Counted from the first letter of the stretch, positions 1 to 11,253 are shown. The stretch: 64,000 nucleotides of DNA from Minisyncoccota bacterium (GCA_035403785.1 DAONFW010000001.1:21595-85594), one strand, 5' to 3'. The notes: generated from the sequence alone by a model not told the origin. Translations and numbers: made by a program.

Positions 1-56
1 TGGGGGGAGCCGGCAAAAAATGGAAAGGAAAATTTTTGGTTTTGGTTCCGACGCTT
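1..56. repeat. Outer copy of inverted repeat A of element 1 (truncated by the window edge)
   Basis: Exact reverse complement of 4794..4849. Confidence 0.95.
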
Positions 57-399
57 CATTCCTCCAGAAAGGACTTGTATTTATATTTTAGCATTGTGGC
101 GATATTTTGTCCGTCCTTTCCTCCGTCATTCGCGTCGGTGCGAGGCGCTCCCGTATCCGCGTTTTGTGGTAGTTCTATCGTCCTCTCACACTTCACAATC
201 ACCTCACATAGGCCGTTCGCATTCGCTCACGATGCCTGCTCGGTGCTTGCTTCGTGTTCGCTCCGTGACTTCGTTTAAGCCTGTGGTAACTCTAAAAAGC
301 GGATTGTGCTGAGGCACAAGCAAGTTTATATGTGCTTGCCCCACCCGCCCACGTGCGCGCACAGAAAACCACTCGCTAACGCGAGTGGCTCCCTTGTGA

Positions 400-1737
400 T
401 CATTTAATCTTTAAGAACAAATCGGTAATACCTTTGAGTAAATTTTCATCCGGCACTAAATCTTTAAGCTCTTTTGCAAATGACAAGAAACTTTCCGTTT
501 CTTTTTCATTACTAGCATTCAATAATTCTATTTTTTCTTTCTCTTTCTTTACCTTTTTCCAATCAATAGATTTCTCGTAAGGTTCAGTATAAAGTTTCTC
601 AATGGTTTTCCTTATGAAGGTCGTAGTCTCACCGTCTGACCCCTTTTCTTTAATTTTTTGAATTAGGAAATCTGCGTGGTTGCGCATGACTTCGGCTACA
701 GTTGCCTTGAATGAATATTTTTCCTCTAAATCCCGCTCAGTACCATATCGTCTAATTGCAAAAGTAATCAAAAAGAGTAGTGGCGAAGTAAGCGTTAAGC
801 GATAGAACAGAGATTCCCATTTAGGAATTTCACCTCCATTATGCAAAAGAATTTCCTTTACATCAAAAATAAAATAGAGAAGGATAGAAAGAGCAACAAT
901 ACCCAACGAGAAAATCGCTAACCAAATATAGCTATTCCTGCGTAGTAATTTAGCCCTATTTTGAAACGAATTAGCAAAACCCGTGTCTGTAATGAGGTCT
1001 GCTATTTTTTCAACCTCGGATCGTTTTTCTGTCGCGATATCAAGATTCTTTTGTATGTCATCTCGCAGTTGTTCTGATTTTTTCTTATTCCCTTCGATCT
1101 CAGAAAGGTGTTTCTGTGATTGATCACGAAAAGACTGAATTTCTGTAGCAACAGCAGTTGCTTTTTTCTGCAAATCTTGAACTTGCGCAAGAACTGCTCC
1201 CAAGCCGGTATTCTGGTCAGTAATTTTTGCATTAACCGCGACAAATTCATTGTAGGCATTTTGAATTTGTGTGATTTTTTCTTGAACTTGCCCCAGTAAT
1301 TCATTAATTTTCCCTAACTGTTGCGTCGCGGTTGTTTTGGCTGTTTCAATATCTGTTCGCAGGTTATTAGCTGTCAGAACAAGTGACTCTATTTCTCCCT
1401 CTCTACCCTCGATTTTTCCTTTTATGTTTTCAAATTTACGCAAACCTTCATCAATCTGAGTAATACTGGATTGTGCTTTTTCAAGATTGCTTTTTATTTC
1501 TGCAACAAAAGTTGCGGAATCATTCTTTGCGTTCTCAATAGTCCCAAGTCGCTCCCGGGCATCGTTTGAGATTTTTTCGATCTCATTCTGTTTTGGTACA
1601 AGGGTTGCTTGTGTAGCTTCAAATTTAATTTGAAGTGCTGAAATTTTCTCCAAAATATCTTTGGCTTTGTTGTATTGGCTCTTGATGTTCCTTAATTCTT
1701 CAGGACTCAAGTTAAAATTGTCGTTTTCGTCTGGCAT
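400..1737 (-). CDS. Hypothetical protein with a long N-terminal coiled coil and two transmembrane helices (element cargo)
   Basis: 445-aa ORF; heptad-like charged N-terminal ~250 aa, then hydrophobic segments YIWLAIFSLGIVALSILLYFIF and LFYRLTLTSPLLFLITFAI. Confidence 0.7.
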   Translation of the reverse strand: MPDENDNFNLSPEELRNIKSQYNKAKDILEKISALQIKFEATQATLVPKQNEIEKISNDARERLGTIENAKNDSATFVAEIKSNLEKAQSSITQIDEGLRKFENIKGKIEGREGEIESLVLTANNLRTDIETAKTTATQQLGKINELLGQVQEKITQIQNAYNEFVAVNAKITDQNTGLGAVLAQVQDLQKKATAVATEIQSFRDQSQKHLSEIEGNKKKSEQLRDDIQKNLDIATEKRSEVEKIADLITDTGFANSFQNRAKLLRRNSYIWLAIFSLGIVALSILLYFIFDVKEILLHNGGEIPKWESLFYRLTLTSPLLFLITFAIRRYGTERDLEEKYSFKATVAEVMRNHADFLIQKIKEKGSDGETTTFIRKTIEKLYTEPYEKSIDWKKVKKEKEKIELLNASNEKETESFLSFAKELKDLVPDENLLKGITDLFLKIK

Positions 1738-1797
1738 AAATTAATTGTGGATAACCGGGGACTTGTTTAGGTTATCTTTAGGTATTATAATCTAACT

Positions 1798-2424
1798 ATG
1801 AAAAAGAAGTCAAGCGTTGGAATAGGTAAACCGACAAAGCGGGAAGCTGAAATCCTACAATTCGCACGAGAGTATCGTCAAGAAAATGGATTCTCCCCCT
1901 CACTGGTTGAGATTGCTAAACATTTTAAGCGTTCCGTGCCCACAATTCATCAACATGTCTATTCTTTGCGAAGCAAGAACCTTCTTTTGATAGATAAGGG
2001 CAAAAAGCGTTCAATCAATGCTTTACATAATCACAGGGTTTCGGAAGTAATGATACCTCTAATGGGAATTATTTCTGCCGGTGGTCCAATTGAGGCCATC
2101 CGCGATCCAAAACCAGTAGAAGTTCCGCGAAGTATGCTTTCCCCCGGACATGACTACTACGCACTAAAGGTTTCCGGGCTGAGCATGATTGAGGAAGGAA
2201 TATCAGATGGAGACGTTGTGATTGTAAGAGATCAACCAACAGTAGATGACGGAGAAAAAGCAGTCGCGTATATGCCAGATAGAAACGAAGTAACGCTCAA
2301 AAAAATATACAGAGAAAAAGGTCGGATAAAACTTGTTCCAGCAAATCAAACCATGAAGCCGTTTTATGAATCAAACGTGGTCATTCAAGGAAAGGTCGTA
2401 GGAGTATTAAGAAAAGAATTTTAA
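1798..2424 (+). CDS. lexA: LexA-family repressor
   Basis: N-terminal wHTH (GFSPSLVEIAKHF), Ala-Gly cleavage site (ISAGGP), S24 peptidase Ser (VSGLSM) and Lys (VTLKK). Confidence 0.92.
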   Translation: MKKKSSVGIGKPTKREAEILQFAREYRQENGFSPSLVEIAKHFKRSVPTIHQHVYSLRSKNLLLIDKGKKRSINALHNHRVSEVMIPLMGIISAGGPIEAIRDPKPVEVPRSMLSPGHDYYALKVSGLSMIEEGISDGDVVIVRDQPTVDDGEKAVAYMPDRNEVTLKKIYREKGRIKLVPANQTMKPFYESNVVIQGKVVGVLRKEF

Positions 2425-2433
2425 AATAAACTT

Positions 2434-4008
2434 ATGTCATTAGTAACAATACACGAAGCATCAAAATGGGCGACGGACTATCTTGAAAAAGAGGTATCGC
2501 CAACAAATATTTCTTACCTTGTTCAATATGGTAAGGTTAAGAAACTTGGAGAAAATGGGTCAACCCTTGTTGATTTGAATGATTTGAAAAAGTATTACGA
2601 ATCATGGAAAGGTAAACGAGAGATTGATTGGAAAAAACAACTTGGTGATGATTTAAACTGGGCGTTGTCTTTTGATAATCTCAGGGAAAAAGATACGACG
2701 AAGCATGTTCATAGATTACATCCATACAAAGGAAAATATATTCCGCAACTTGTTGAATATTTTATTGATTCCCACATTGATGATTTTAAAAAAGAAGTTT
2801 ATTTTAAAACCGGTGATATAGTCCTCGATCCTTTTCTGGGTTCAGGAACAACAATTATTCAATCACTAGAAATGGGTATCCATTCCGTGGGTATTGATGT
2901 GTCTGAGTTTAATTGCATGATTGCGAGTTGCAAGGCAACAAACTATGATCACGACTATTTGCAGAAAGCAATTAAAAAAATGCTCTCCGCAATAGATACT
3001 TTTGAGCATGATAATAGAATCCAAGAATTTGAAACAGAGTTGTTGGCAGAATTGGCAAAGTTTAATAACAAACATTTTCCCGGCTCAGATTTCAAATATA
3101 AAATAAATCAGGGAAATTTTGATGAAAAAAAGTTTTCTTCAGAAAAAGAAAGGGAGTTTTTGCCTACATATCAGAAATTACTCAAAAAATATTCAATAAA
3201 ACTGAAACAAGACAAAACTGAGTCATTTTTAGATACTTGGTTTATGGATAATGTGAGAAAAGAAATTGATCATGTTTTTAACACTATAAAACAAGAGAAG
3301 GATACAAAAACAAAAAAGATTCTCGCTCTAATTTTGAGCCGAACAATTAGATCGTGTCGAGCTACAACACACAGCGATCTTGCTACCCTAAAAGAACCTC
3401 AACTAACAACATATTATTGCTATAAGCACAAAAAGATTTGCAAACCGTTGTTTTCTATAAAAACAATGCTTAATCGTTACGCTTACGATACTGTTTCAAG
3501 GATCAAGGAATTTGAAAGGTTGCGAAAACCAGTTCATTATTCTGCTATTGCTGGTGATTCAAGAGTTGTGGATATTTTTGAAAAAGTTGAAAAGCAAAAC
3601 CCAGAGTTCGCAAAAATTCTTAAAAAACAAAAAATTTCAGGTATTTTCTGCTCGCCTCCATATGTTGGACAGATTGATTATCACGAACAACACGCCTACG
3701 CCTATGACTTGTTAGGATTTAAGAGAAAAGATGATCTAGAAATTGGCCCACTTTACAAAGGACAAGGACAAGAGGCACGCAGATCATACGCACAAGGAAT
3801 AGCCGATGTGCTAAATAACTGTAAGAAATATCTAAAAGATGATTACGATATTTTCCTTGTGGCAAACGATAAATATAATCTTTATCCAGAAATTGCTGAA
3901 AAATCTGGAATGAAGATTGTTAATCAATTTAAAAGACCTGTTTTGAATCGAACAGAACGGGACAGGAATCCATATTCCGAAATAATTTTTCATTTTAAAT
4001 CAATATAA
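2434..4008 (+). CDS. Amino-DNA methyltransferase (probably N4-C) with an N-terminal HTH-like extension
   Basis: Motif I DPFLGSGTT, motif IV SPPY, HPYKGKYIPQL; next to an endonuclease gene. Confidence 0.88.
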   Translation: MSLVTIHEASKWATDYLEKEVSPTNISYLVQYGKVKKLGENGSTLVDLNDLKKYYESWKGKREIDWKKQLGDDLNWALSFDNLREKDTTKHVHRLHPYKGKYIPQLVEYFIDSHIDDFKKEVYFKTGDIVLDPFLGSGTTIIQSLEMGIHSVGIDVSEFNCMIASCKATNYDHDYLQKAIKKMLSAIDTFEHDNRIQEFETELLAELAKFNNKHFPGSDFKYKINQGNFDEKKFSSEKEREFLPTYQKLLKKYSIKLKQDKTESFLDTWFMDNVRKEIDHVFNTIKQEKDTKTKKILALILSRTIRSCRATTHSDLATLKEPQLTTYYCYKHKKICKPLFSIKTMLNRYAYDTVSRIKEFERLRKPVHYSAIAGDSRVVDIFEKVEKQNPEFAKILKKQKISGIFCSPPYVGQIDYHEQHAYAYDLLGFKRKDDLEIGPLYKGQGQEARRSYAQGIADVLNNCKKYLKDDYDIFLVANDKYNLYPEIAEKSGMKIVNQFKRPVLNRTERDRNPYSEIIFHFKSI

Positions 4009-4012
4009 TTTT

Positions 4013-4795
4013 ATGGCACTATCAAAAGAACAAGTTAAAAATGTCGAGGATGTACTAAAAGCAAGTCTCAGAAACAAATTCCAAAATTACAAACCGGAAC
4101 CGGCTTCGATGCCATTCCATACTCGTCTTTTGGGTAAGGATAGATTGGCACTTTATTCATTTATCCATTCTCTCAATACTAATTTTGGAACAAGTATTTT
4201 TGAACCGGTCGGCTTAGCTTTGGCGCAAAAGAATTTCAAAATGGCTACATGCCAAGCTACTGCCGGAGATCGTATAAGCACCGGCGCACAAGCAGAAATA
4301 CAAAAAATTATTGATGGACTAACGACGGCAACATCATCACCAAACAAAAAAGAGGAAATTGAACGAATAAGAAAAGTTTGTCAGTCTGGTGAGATGATAA
4401 AAGCAAAACCTACCAAAGTAGATTTAATGTTTGAATCAAAAGACGGCGGTTATTATTTATTTGATATAAAAACAGCAAAACCTAATGCTGGAGGATTTAA
4501 GGAATTTAAACGAACACTACTTGAATGGGTCGCTGTGACTTTGGCGAACAATCCAAAAGCCGATATAAACACATTTATCGCAATTCCATATAATCCTTAC
4601 GAACCAGAGCCTTACACACGATGGACAATGCGTGGAATGCTTGATTTGGATAATGAGCTTAAAGTAGCTGATGAATTTTGGGATTTTCTTGGTGGTAAAG
4701 GCACATACAAAGATTTACTAGATTGTTTTGAACGAGTTGGAATTGAACTTCGTGGCGAAATAGATGACTACTTTAAGCGCTTCAATAAAAAATAA
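4013..4795 (+). CDS. Type II restriction endonuclease, TdeIII/MjaII-like (GGNCC family)
   Basis: MPFHTRLLGKDRLALYSFIHSLNTNFGTSIFEP and PD-(D/E)xK-like VDL...FDIKTAKPN; family assigned from memory. Confidence 0.8.
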   Translation: MALSKEQVKNVEDVLKASLRNKFQNYKPEPASMPFHTRLLGKDRLALYSFIHSLNTNFGTSIFEPVGLALAQKNFKMATCQATAGDRISTGAQAEIQKIIDGLTTATSSPNKKEEIERIRKVCQSGEMIKAKPTKVDLMFESKDGGYYLFDIKTAKPNAGGFKEFKRTLLEWVAVTLANNPKADINTFIAIPYNPYEPEPYTRWTMRGMLDLDNELKVADEFWDFLGGKGTYKDLLDCFERVGIELRGEIDDYFKRFNKK

Positions 4796-5109
4796 GCGTC
4801 GGAACCAAAACCAAAAATTTTCCTTTCCATTTTTTGCCGGCTCCCCCCACACCCCCCGCCGAAAGAGGAATTGTAAGGAAAATTTTGGTTTTGGGATCGC
4901 GACCGAAGGGAGCGTGCGAGGCGCAAGTATCATTCGTCAAAATCCTGCGGATTTTGTCCGAAATACATTCGAACTTCGTCCAATACACACCGCCAAAATT
5001 GGAAATCGGAATCGGAAGCCGAAATGGGGTCGGCGCGAAGCGCCGACACAAACGCATTCCCGCCAAAAATTCCCGAATCCAAAAGGTTTTTCCACGCTCC
5101 GCGTGGCTC
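4794..5109. repeat. Internal inverted attP-like copy of element 1 (arm A, CCGCCA core at 4990..4995, arm B)
   Basis: 4794..4849 pairs with 1..56; 4990..5109 pairs perfectly (120 bp) with 6512..6631; identical peptides in several ORF-track frames confirm identity. Confidence 0.9.
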
Positions 5110-5131
5110 TCTCGTTTGCCAATACAATTTT

Positions 5132-6730
5132 ATGAATAATCAAACCAAAAAGTTTTTCATATATACTCGCAAGTCTACGGATGACAAAGACAGACAAGTC
5201 CGCAGTATTGCAGACCAACTTTCTGAATTGAAAGAATTAGCAAGGAAAGAAGATTTAGATGTTGTTGATGTCTTTGTCGAAAAGCAGACCGCCAAAATAC
5301 CAGGTCGCCCAGTGTTTGGTGAGATGTTGGAGCGAATGGAGAAAGGCGAAGCCACTGGTATTTTGGCGTGGCATCCCGATAGACTTGCTCGCAACTCGAT
5401 AGACGGAGGAAAAGTCATCTACCTCGTTGACACCGGTGTCATTTCAGAAATGAAATTCCCAACTTTTTGGTTTGATCCGACACCGCAAGGCAAGTTTATG
5501 CTTTCAATCGCTTTTTCGCAGTCCAAGTATTATGTGGACAATTTGAGCGAAAATATTAAGCGTGGACATAGAAACAAAGTGAAAGAAGGAATATGGCCTC
5601 AAATGTCGCCGCTAGGATATATAAACGAGGGCGGGAAAATTGTCGTTGATGAAAATATCGCACCTTTAATCAAGAAAACATTTGAGGCATATTCGTCTGG
5701 GTCTTTCACTTTGCGACAACTTCGCGACAAATTTAATGAACTTGGATTGAAGCGAAAAAGCGGAAAGGAACTTGCGGTGTCGAATTATCAAAAACTTTTG
5801 AAAAACCCAATTTACACAGGTTTGATGTTGTATAACGGCGAGATACACGAAGGTAAGCACGAACCGATTATTACAAAGAAACTTTTTGATTCCGTTCAAG
5901 AAGTGATGATGAGAAAATCTAAACCGAAGTCGCGAGGATTGAAACCATTTTTGTACAGAGGATTTTTCCGTTGCGGAGAATGTAGTTGCTTCATTACCAC
6001 CGAAACACAGAAGGGTCATAATTATTTGCGATGTACCAAACGGAAAAATCCTTGTTCACAAAAATATACTCGTGAGGAAACCATCACTTCTGAAATTCAA
6101 AAGGAAATCAAAAAAGTTTCTTTGCCAGACGATTGGGCTTCTTGGATGTTAGTGGAAAATAGAAAAGATATATTGAGTGAAGCCCAATTGTCTACGCTTT
6201 TTGCAGACAACACAAAAGCCGATATTTCTCTTTTGGATTCTAAAATTGAGAAGCTGATGAACGCATATTTAGAGAACGCACTTTCGCTAGACGAGTATCG
6301 AGATATGAAAAACAAACTTGTGAACGAAAAACAGCTTCTCAAAGAGAAATTATCGGCTTTTGAGAAAAAAGCGAATAATCGGTTCGAACTTACCGAAAAG
6401 TTTTTGAAATACAATGTGGAATTGGCAAACGAGTGTACAAATGAAGAAAAACTTCATTTGTACAAAAAAGTCGGTTCGAACTTTCAAATTAAGGATCGAA
6501 CCGTACTTTTTGAGCCACGCGGAGCGTGGAAAAACCTTTTGGATTCGGGAATTTTTGGCGGGAATGCGTTTGTGTCGGCGCTTCGCGCCGACCCCATTTC
6601 GGCTTCCGATTCCGATTTCCAATTTTGGCGGAGGCGGAGGGATTCGAACCCTCGATGCCCTTTCAGACATACAGACTTTCCAGGTCTGCGCACTAGACCG
6701 CTATGCGACGCCTCCAAAATTTCTTATTAA
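5132..6730 (+). CDS. Large serine recombinase (resolvase, recombinase, zinc ribbon and coiled-coil domains); C-terminus read through the antisense tRNA
   Basis: YTRKSTDD catalytic Ser motif, WHPDRLARN, CGEC...YLRC zinc ribbon; likely start is ATG 5132 rather than 5024. Confidence 0.93.
   Translation: MNNQTKKFFIYTRKSTDDKDRQVRSIADQLSELKELARKEDLDVVDVFVEKQTAKIPGRPVFGEMLERMEKGEATGILAWHPDRLARNSIDGGKVIYLVDTGVISEMKFPTFWFDPTPQGKFMLSIAFSQSKYYVDNLSENIKRGHRNKVKEGIWPQMSPLGYINEGGKIVVDENIAPLIKKTFEAYSSGSFTLRQLRDKFNELGLKRKSGKELAVSNYQKLLKNPIYTGLMLYNGEIHEGKHEPIITKKLFDSVQEVMMRKSKPKSRGLKPFLYRGFFRCGECSCFITTETQKGHNYLRCTKRKNPCSQKYTREETITSEIQKEIKKVSLPDDWASWMLVENRKDILSEAQLSTLFADNTKADISLLDSKIEKLMNAYLENALSLDEYRDMKNKLVNEKQLLKEKLSAFEKKANNRFELTEKFLKYNVELANECTNEEKLHLYKKVGSNFQIKDRTVLFEPRGAWKNLLDSGIFGGNAFVSALRADPISASDSDFQFWRRRRDSNPRCPFRHTDFPGLRTRPLCDASKISY
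6512..6631. repeat. Outer copy of inverted repeat B of element 1 (LSR 3' end plus last 6 nt of the tRNA)
   Basis: Exact reverse complement of 4990..5109. Confidence 0.95.
6626..6715 (-). tRNA. tRNA-Ser(GGA)
   Basis: GGAGGCG/CGCCTCC acceptor stem, anticodon arm CAGAC-CTGGAAA-GTCTG, long variable arm, GTTCGAA T-loop, G73, encoded CCA. Confidence 0.96.
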
Positions 6731-6731
6731 A

Positions 6732-7265
6732 TTATACTTTTTTGTATGCCAAAAAAGTCTTTTTTAGTTTAAATGATTCTTTAGAAAAAATCCACTTATT
6801 TAAAGCAGGGCTAACAGTCAAAGCAAAACCAATATTTCCCGCTAGATGCAAAATAGTGAAAGGTATTTGTAATGCTAAAGCAGTTAGAATAGTCTGGCCA
6901 AAAATAGGCGCGACCAAAACACCAGTTATTAAGTCATAAAAAATGGTTGAAACTATCGCAAATACTGCAAAATTCAAAACAGAAGTTTTATATTTTTTAA
7001 AATAAAAAGTAGCTACTACTCCGATCAAACCATAAGTAATTCCGGTAATCCAAGTCCATGAACCAAAATGAGTTACAGCATCGTAAAGGAAAATACTCAA
7101 AAATCCAAAAAGAAAACTCAAAACCGCGCCGTATTTCTTGCTTACAGGCATCACAGAAGCCATAATTGGCTCTAAATTTGGAGCTCTAAACGGAACCAAT
7201 CTGAACAAAAAACAACCCAAGAATATTGCAAAAATTTTTGATTTTTCTTTAATAAAATTTGTCAT
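6732..7265 (-). CDS. Membrane protein, ECF transporter S-component-like
   Basis: 5-6 hydrophobic segments, PNLEPI motif; ATG at 7265 follows a TATAAT. Confidence 0.55.
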   Translation of the reverse strand: MTNFIKEKSKIFAIFLGCFLFRLVPFRAPNLEPIMASVMPVSKKYGAVLSFLFGFLSIFLYDAVTHFGSWTWITGITYGLIGVVATFYFKKYKTSVLNFAVFAIVSTIFYDLITGVLVAPIFGQTILTALALQIPFTILHLAGNIGFALTVSPALNKWIFSKESFKLKKTFLAYKKV

Positions 7266-7316
7266 GGAATTCAATTATAATCTTTCAAAAAAAATCCGGC
7301 AATCTGGACATTTTTT

Positions 7317-9356
<2,040 letters not shown>

Positions 9357-9427
9357 CTATCTATTTTATTTAATATCTAATCAAAAATTTTAGTCAATTA
9401 GTTAGTCGGCCAGTCAGTTAATTATTT

Positions 9428-9922
9428 TTAGTATGTTACTTTTAATTCACGTACAGCAACGCCAGAATTTGTATTACAATTATTGTACCCAGTAGAAATT
9501 ATAGTGGTTGTGTTGCTAGCAATATCTCTTATTAAAGTGACATCTGCACAGGCTTTCCCAGATTCACCCAAATTACGCACTTCAAAAGACCAAGATCCAC
9601 TTCCGATTAAACTTCCTATTGAACTAACCACAATATTTTGACCAGCACATTTCATCTGATGATCCAATGTACCAGAAAATACGTTTAGTGTTGGGTCTGA
9701 TTTGTCATAAAAAAGCGCGCATTCTGCTCCAGTATCTGCTGCAAAAAAAGCTTCGTTCCCAGCACGCGCAGAGACACTAAAGTTTGCTTCTTTTAAAGCA
9801 ATTCTCAAAATTCCCATCGCAATAGCCAAAATAATACTTGCCAAAATCATCGTATACAAAACCACGAAGCCATTATTCTTAATATTACTTATTTTGTTTC
9901 TTTTAAAAATTTTATTTTTCAT
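9428..9922 (-). CDS. Minor pilin, PilX-like
   Basis: GFVVLYTMILASIILAI prepilin-like N-terminus, AFFAADTGAECA; inside the pilus operon. Confidence 0.7.
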   Translation of the reverse strand: MKNKIFKRNKISNIKNNGFVVLYTMILASIILAIAMGILRIALKEANFSVSARAGNEAFFAADTGAECALFYDKSDPTLNVFSGTLDHQMKCAGQNIVVSSIGSLIGSGSWSFEVRNLGESGKACADVTLIRDIASNTTTIISTGYNNCNTNSGVAVRELKVTY

Positions 9923-10503
9923 TACTGTGTCCAATTAAATAAACTTTCTGATAAAGAAACTTTTTTGCCATCTCCCCAAGAAACTGTTGATGTTATTTTT
10001 GTCTCACCATCAATTATTTTTTCTGTATGCAAAGAGCGTACAAAAATTGTTTCTTGATCTCCTGACCCAGCTGAATTATATTTACCAGTACTAGAATCGT
10101 ATTTAAGATTAGGGCACCCGTCAGTAGGACAAGTTTTTAAAAAAATGTAATTTATTGGCATAGATGGATTAGTAAAATCTAAATTTTCATCATTAAAAAA
10201 ACATTCTTTTCCGGGACCACAATAAGTGAACATTTTAGTATTAAAATCACTCCAACCATCATTAGCTGTAGTTGAATAAAGAACATAAGTATCTCTCATA
10301 TTTCTCATATACTCAATTCCTTCTTGCGCTAAAAATGTCGCAGTCATTTTTTTTCTTGCTTCCATTGTATTAGTTAAACCACTAGACAAAACAGCCATAA
10401 TTCCCAAAATAGATATAGAAAAAATAGAAAGCGCAACCAAAGTTTCAATCAAAGTAAAGCCTCTTTCGTTCTTTGTATTTTTTTGTTTTAAAAATTTTTT
10501 CAT
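9922..10503 (-). CDS. Minor pilin, PilV-like
   Basis: GFTLIETLVAL prepilin motif. Confidence 0.85.
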   Translation of the reverse strand: MKKFLKQKNTKNERGFTLIETLVALSIFSISILGIMAVLSSGLTNTMEARKKMTATFLAQEGIEYMRNMRDTYVLYSTTANDGWSDFNTKMFTYCGPGKECFFNDENLDFTNPSMPINYIFLKTCPTDGCPNLKYDSSTGKYNSAGSGDQETIFVRSLHTEKIIDGETKITSTVSWGDGKKVSLSESLFNWTQ

Positions 10504-10518
10504 TTTAAATTAAATTAA

Positions 10519-11253
10519 TTAACGCAAAGTTGCCGACTCTCTAGCCGATTGTTCTAATGTGCTTGCTTCTAGAGGCAAGACTGGTTCAGAAACTACAAAC
10601 TCTCCCGGCTCGGCCACTGGCGTAATTGGGGTTACTGGAATTATTGTCGGATTTGTTTCAATATCAATTAATCTTTGCGACACTGCAGTTTCAATAGAAA
10701 ATGGAATATCCCTTACACTTCCAACTAACCTGATAATTACCAACGGCTGCTGTTTATCATCAGATGGCGGCTCGGCTCCCAACACAGAAAAGCCCGAAGC
10801 TTGTTCACCCAACACAACCTCATCTGGCGTCATTTGAACAGCAAAGTTATCGACTCCCGAATAAGAAGGTCCTGTACTTTTATAAAGTTTGTTTTCACTT
10901 ATAAAATAAACCCATTGATCTTTTCCATTTCCTTTTGTACCAGTAGAGGATTCGAAGGAAATACCTAAGCCATCTTTGCAACTTTTTGTTTTTTCATCTT
11001 GAATAGAATAAAAATCAGTTCCTTCTGTAATACAAAAATATGACGATCCAACTCTGATATTTTTTGACATATCATCCAAAGCAAAAGTTAAACTATCATA
11101 AAGTGAACGCATGCTTTGAGATTTTTTTTGCACAAAGTTTGCATTTAACAAAGACTGCATTCCAAAAACAACAACCACCAAAAAAATAGCAATCGCAATC
11201 ATCATTTCTATGATAGTAAAACCTCTTATTTTTTTTACATTCTCTTTTTTCAT
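10519..11253 (-). CDS. Minor pilin, PilW-like
   Basis: GFTIIEMMIAI prepilin motif. Confidence 0.85.
   Translation of the reverse strand: MKKENVKKIRGFTIIEMMIAIAIFLVVVVFGMQSLLNANFVQKKSQSMRSLYDSLTFALDDMSKNIRVGSSYFCITEGTDFYSIQDEKTKSCKDGLGISFESSTGTKGNGKDQWVYFISENKLYKSTGPSYSGVDNFAVQMTPDEVVLGEQASGFSVLGAEPPSDDKQQPLVIIRLVGSVRDIPFSIETAVSQRLIDIETNPTIIPVTPITPVAEPGEFVVSEPVLPLEASTLEQSARESATLR

Larger units (their letters stand above)
1..6631. mobile_element. Integrative element 1 (LSR + LexA/type II RM cargo) inserted at the tRNA-Ser(GGA) 3' end; left end lies outside the window
   Basis: LSR gene runs into the tRNA. 1..56 is the reverse complement of 4794..4849, and 4990..5109 is the reverse complement of 6512..6631. 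Same layout as the complete element 2. Confidence 0.85.

Noticed and set aside
1746-1754. Perfect DnaA box (TGTGGATAA) as an origin
   Set aside because: A single box inside mobile cargo, with no cluster and no dnaA; at most regulatory
5024-5131. N-terminal extension of LSR1 shown in the ORF track
   Set aside because: It lies inside repeat B; alignment with LSR2 and the catalytic motif position favour ATG 5132
4718-5218. Cluster of overlapping ORFs over the repeats (also 34262..34489, 36547..37161, 36741..37142)
   Set aside because: Shadow frames of stop-poor GC-rich repeat DNA; only the alternative LSR tail frame looks meaningful
4990-6631. DGR-like template/variable repeat pair (duplicate of a gene 3' end)
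   Set aside because: The copies are identical with no adenine-specific differences, and there is no reverse transcriptase in the window
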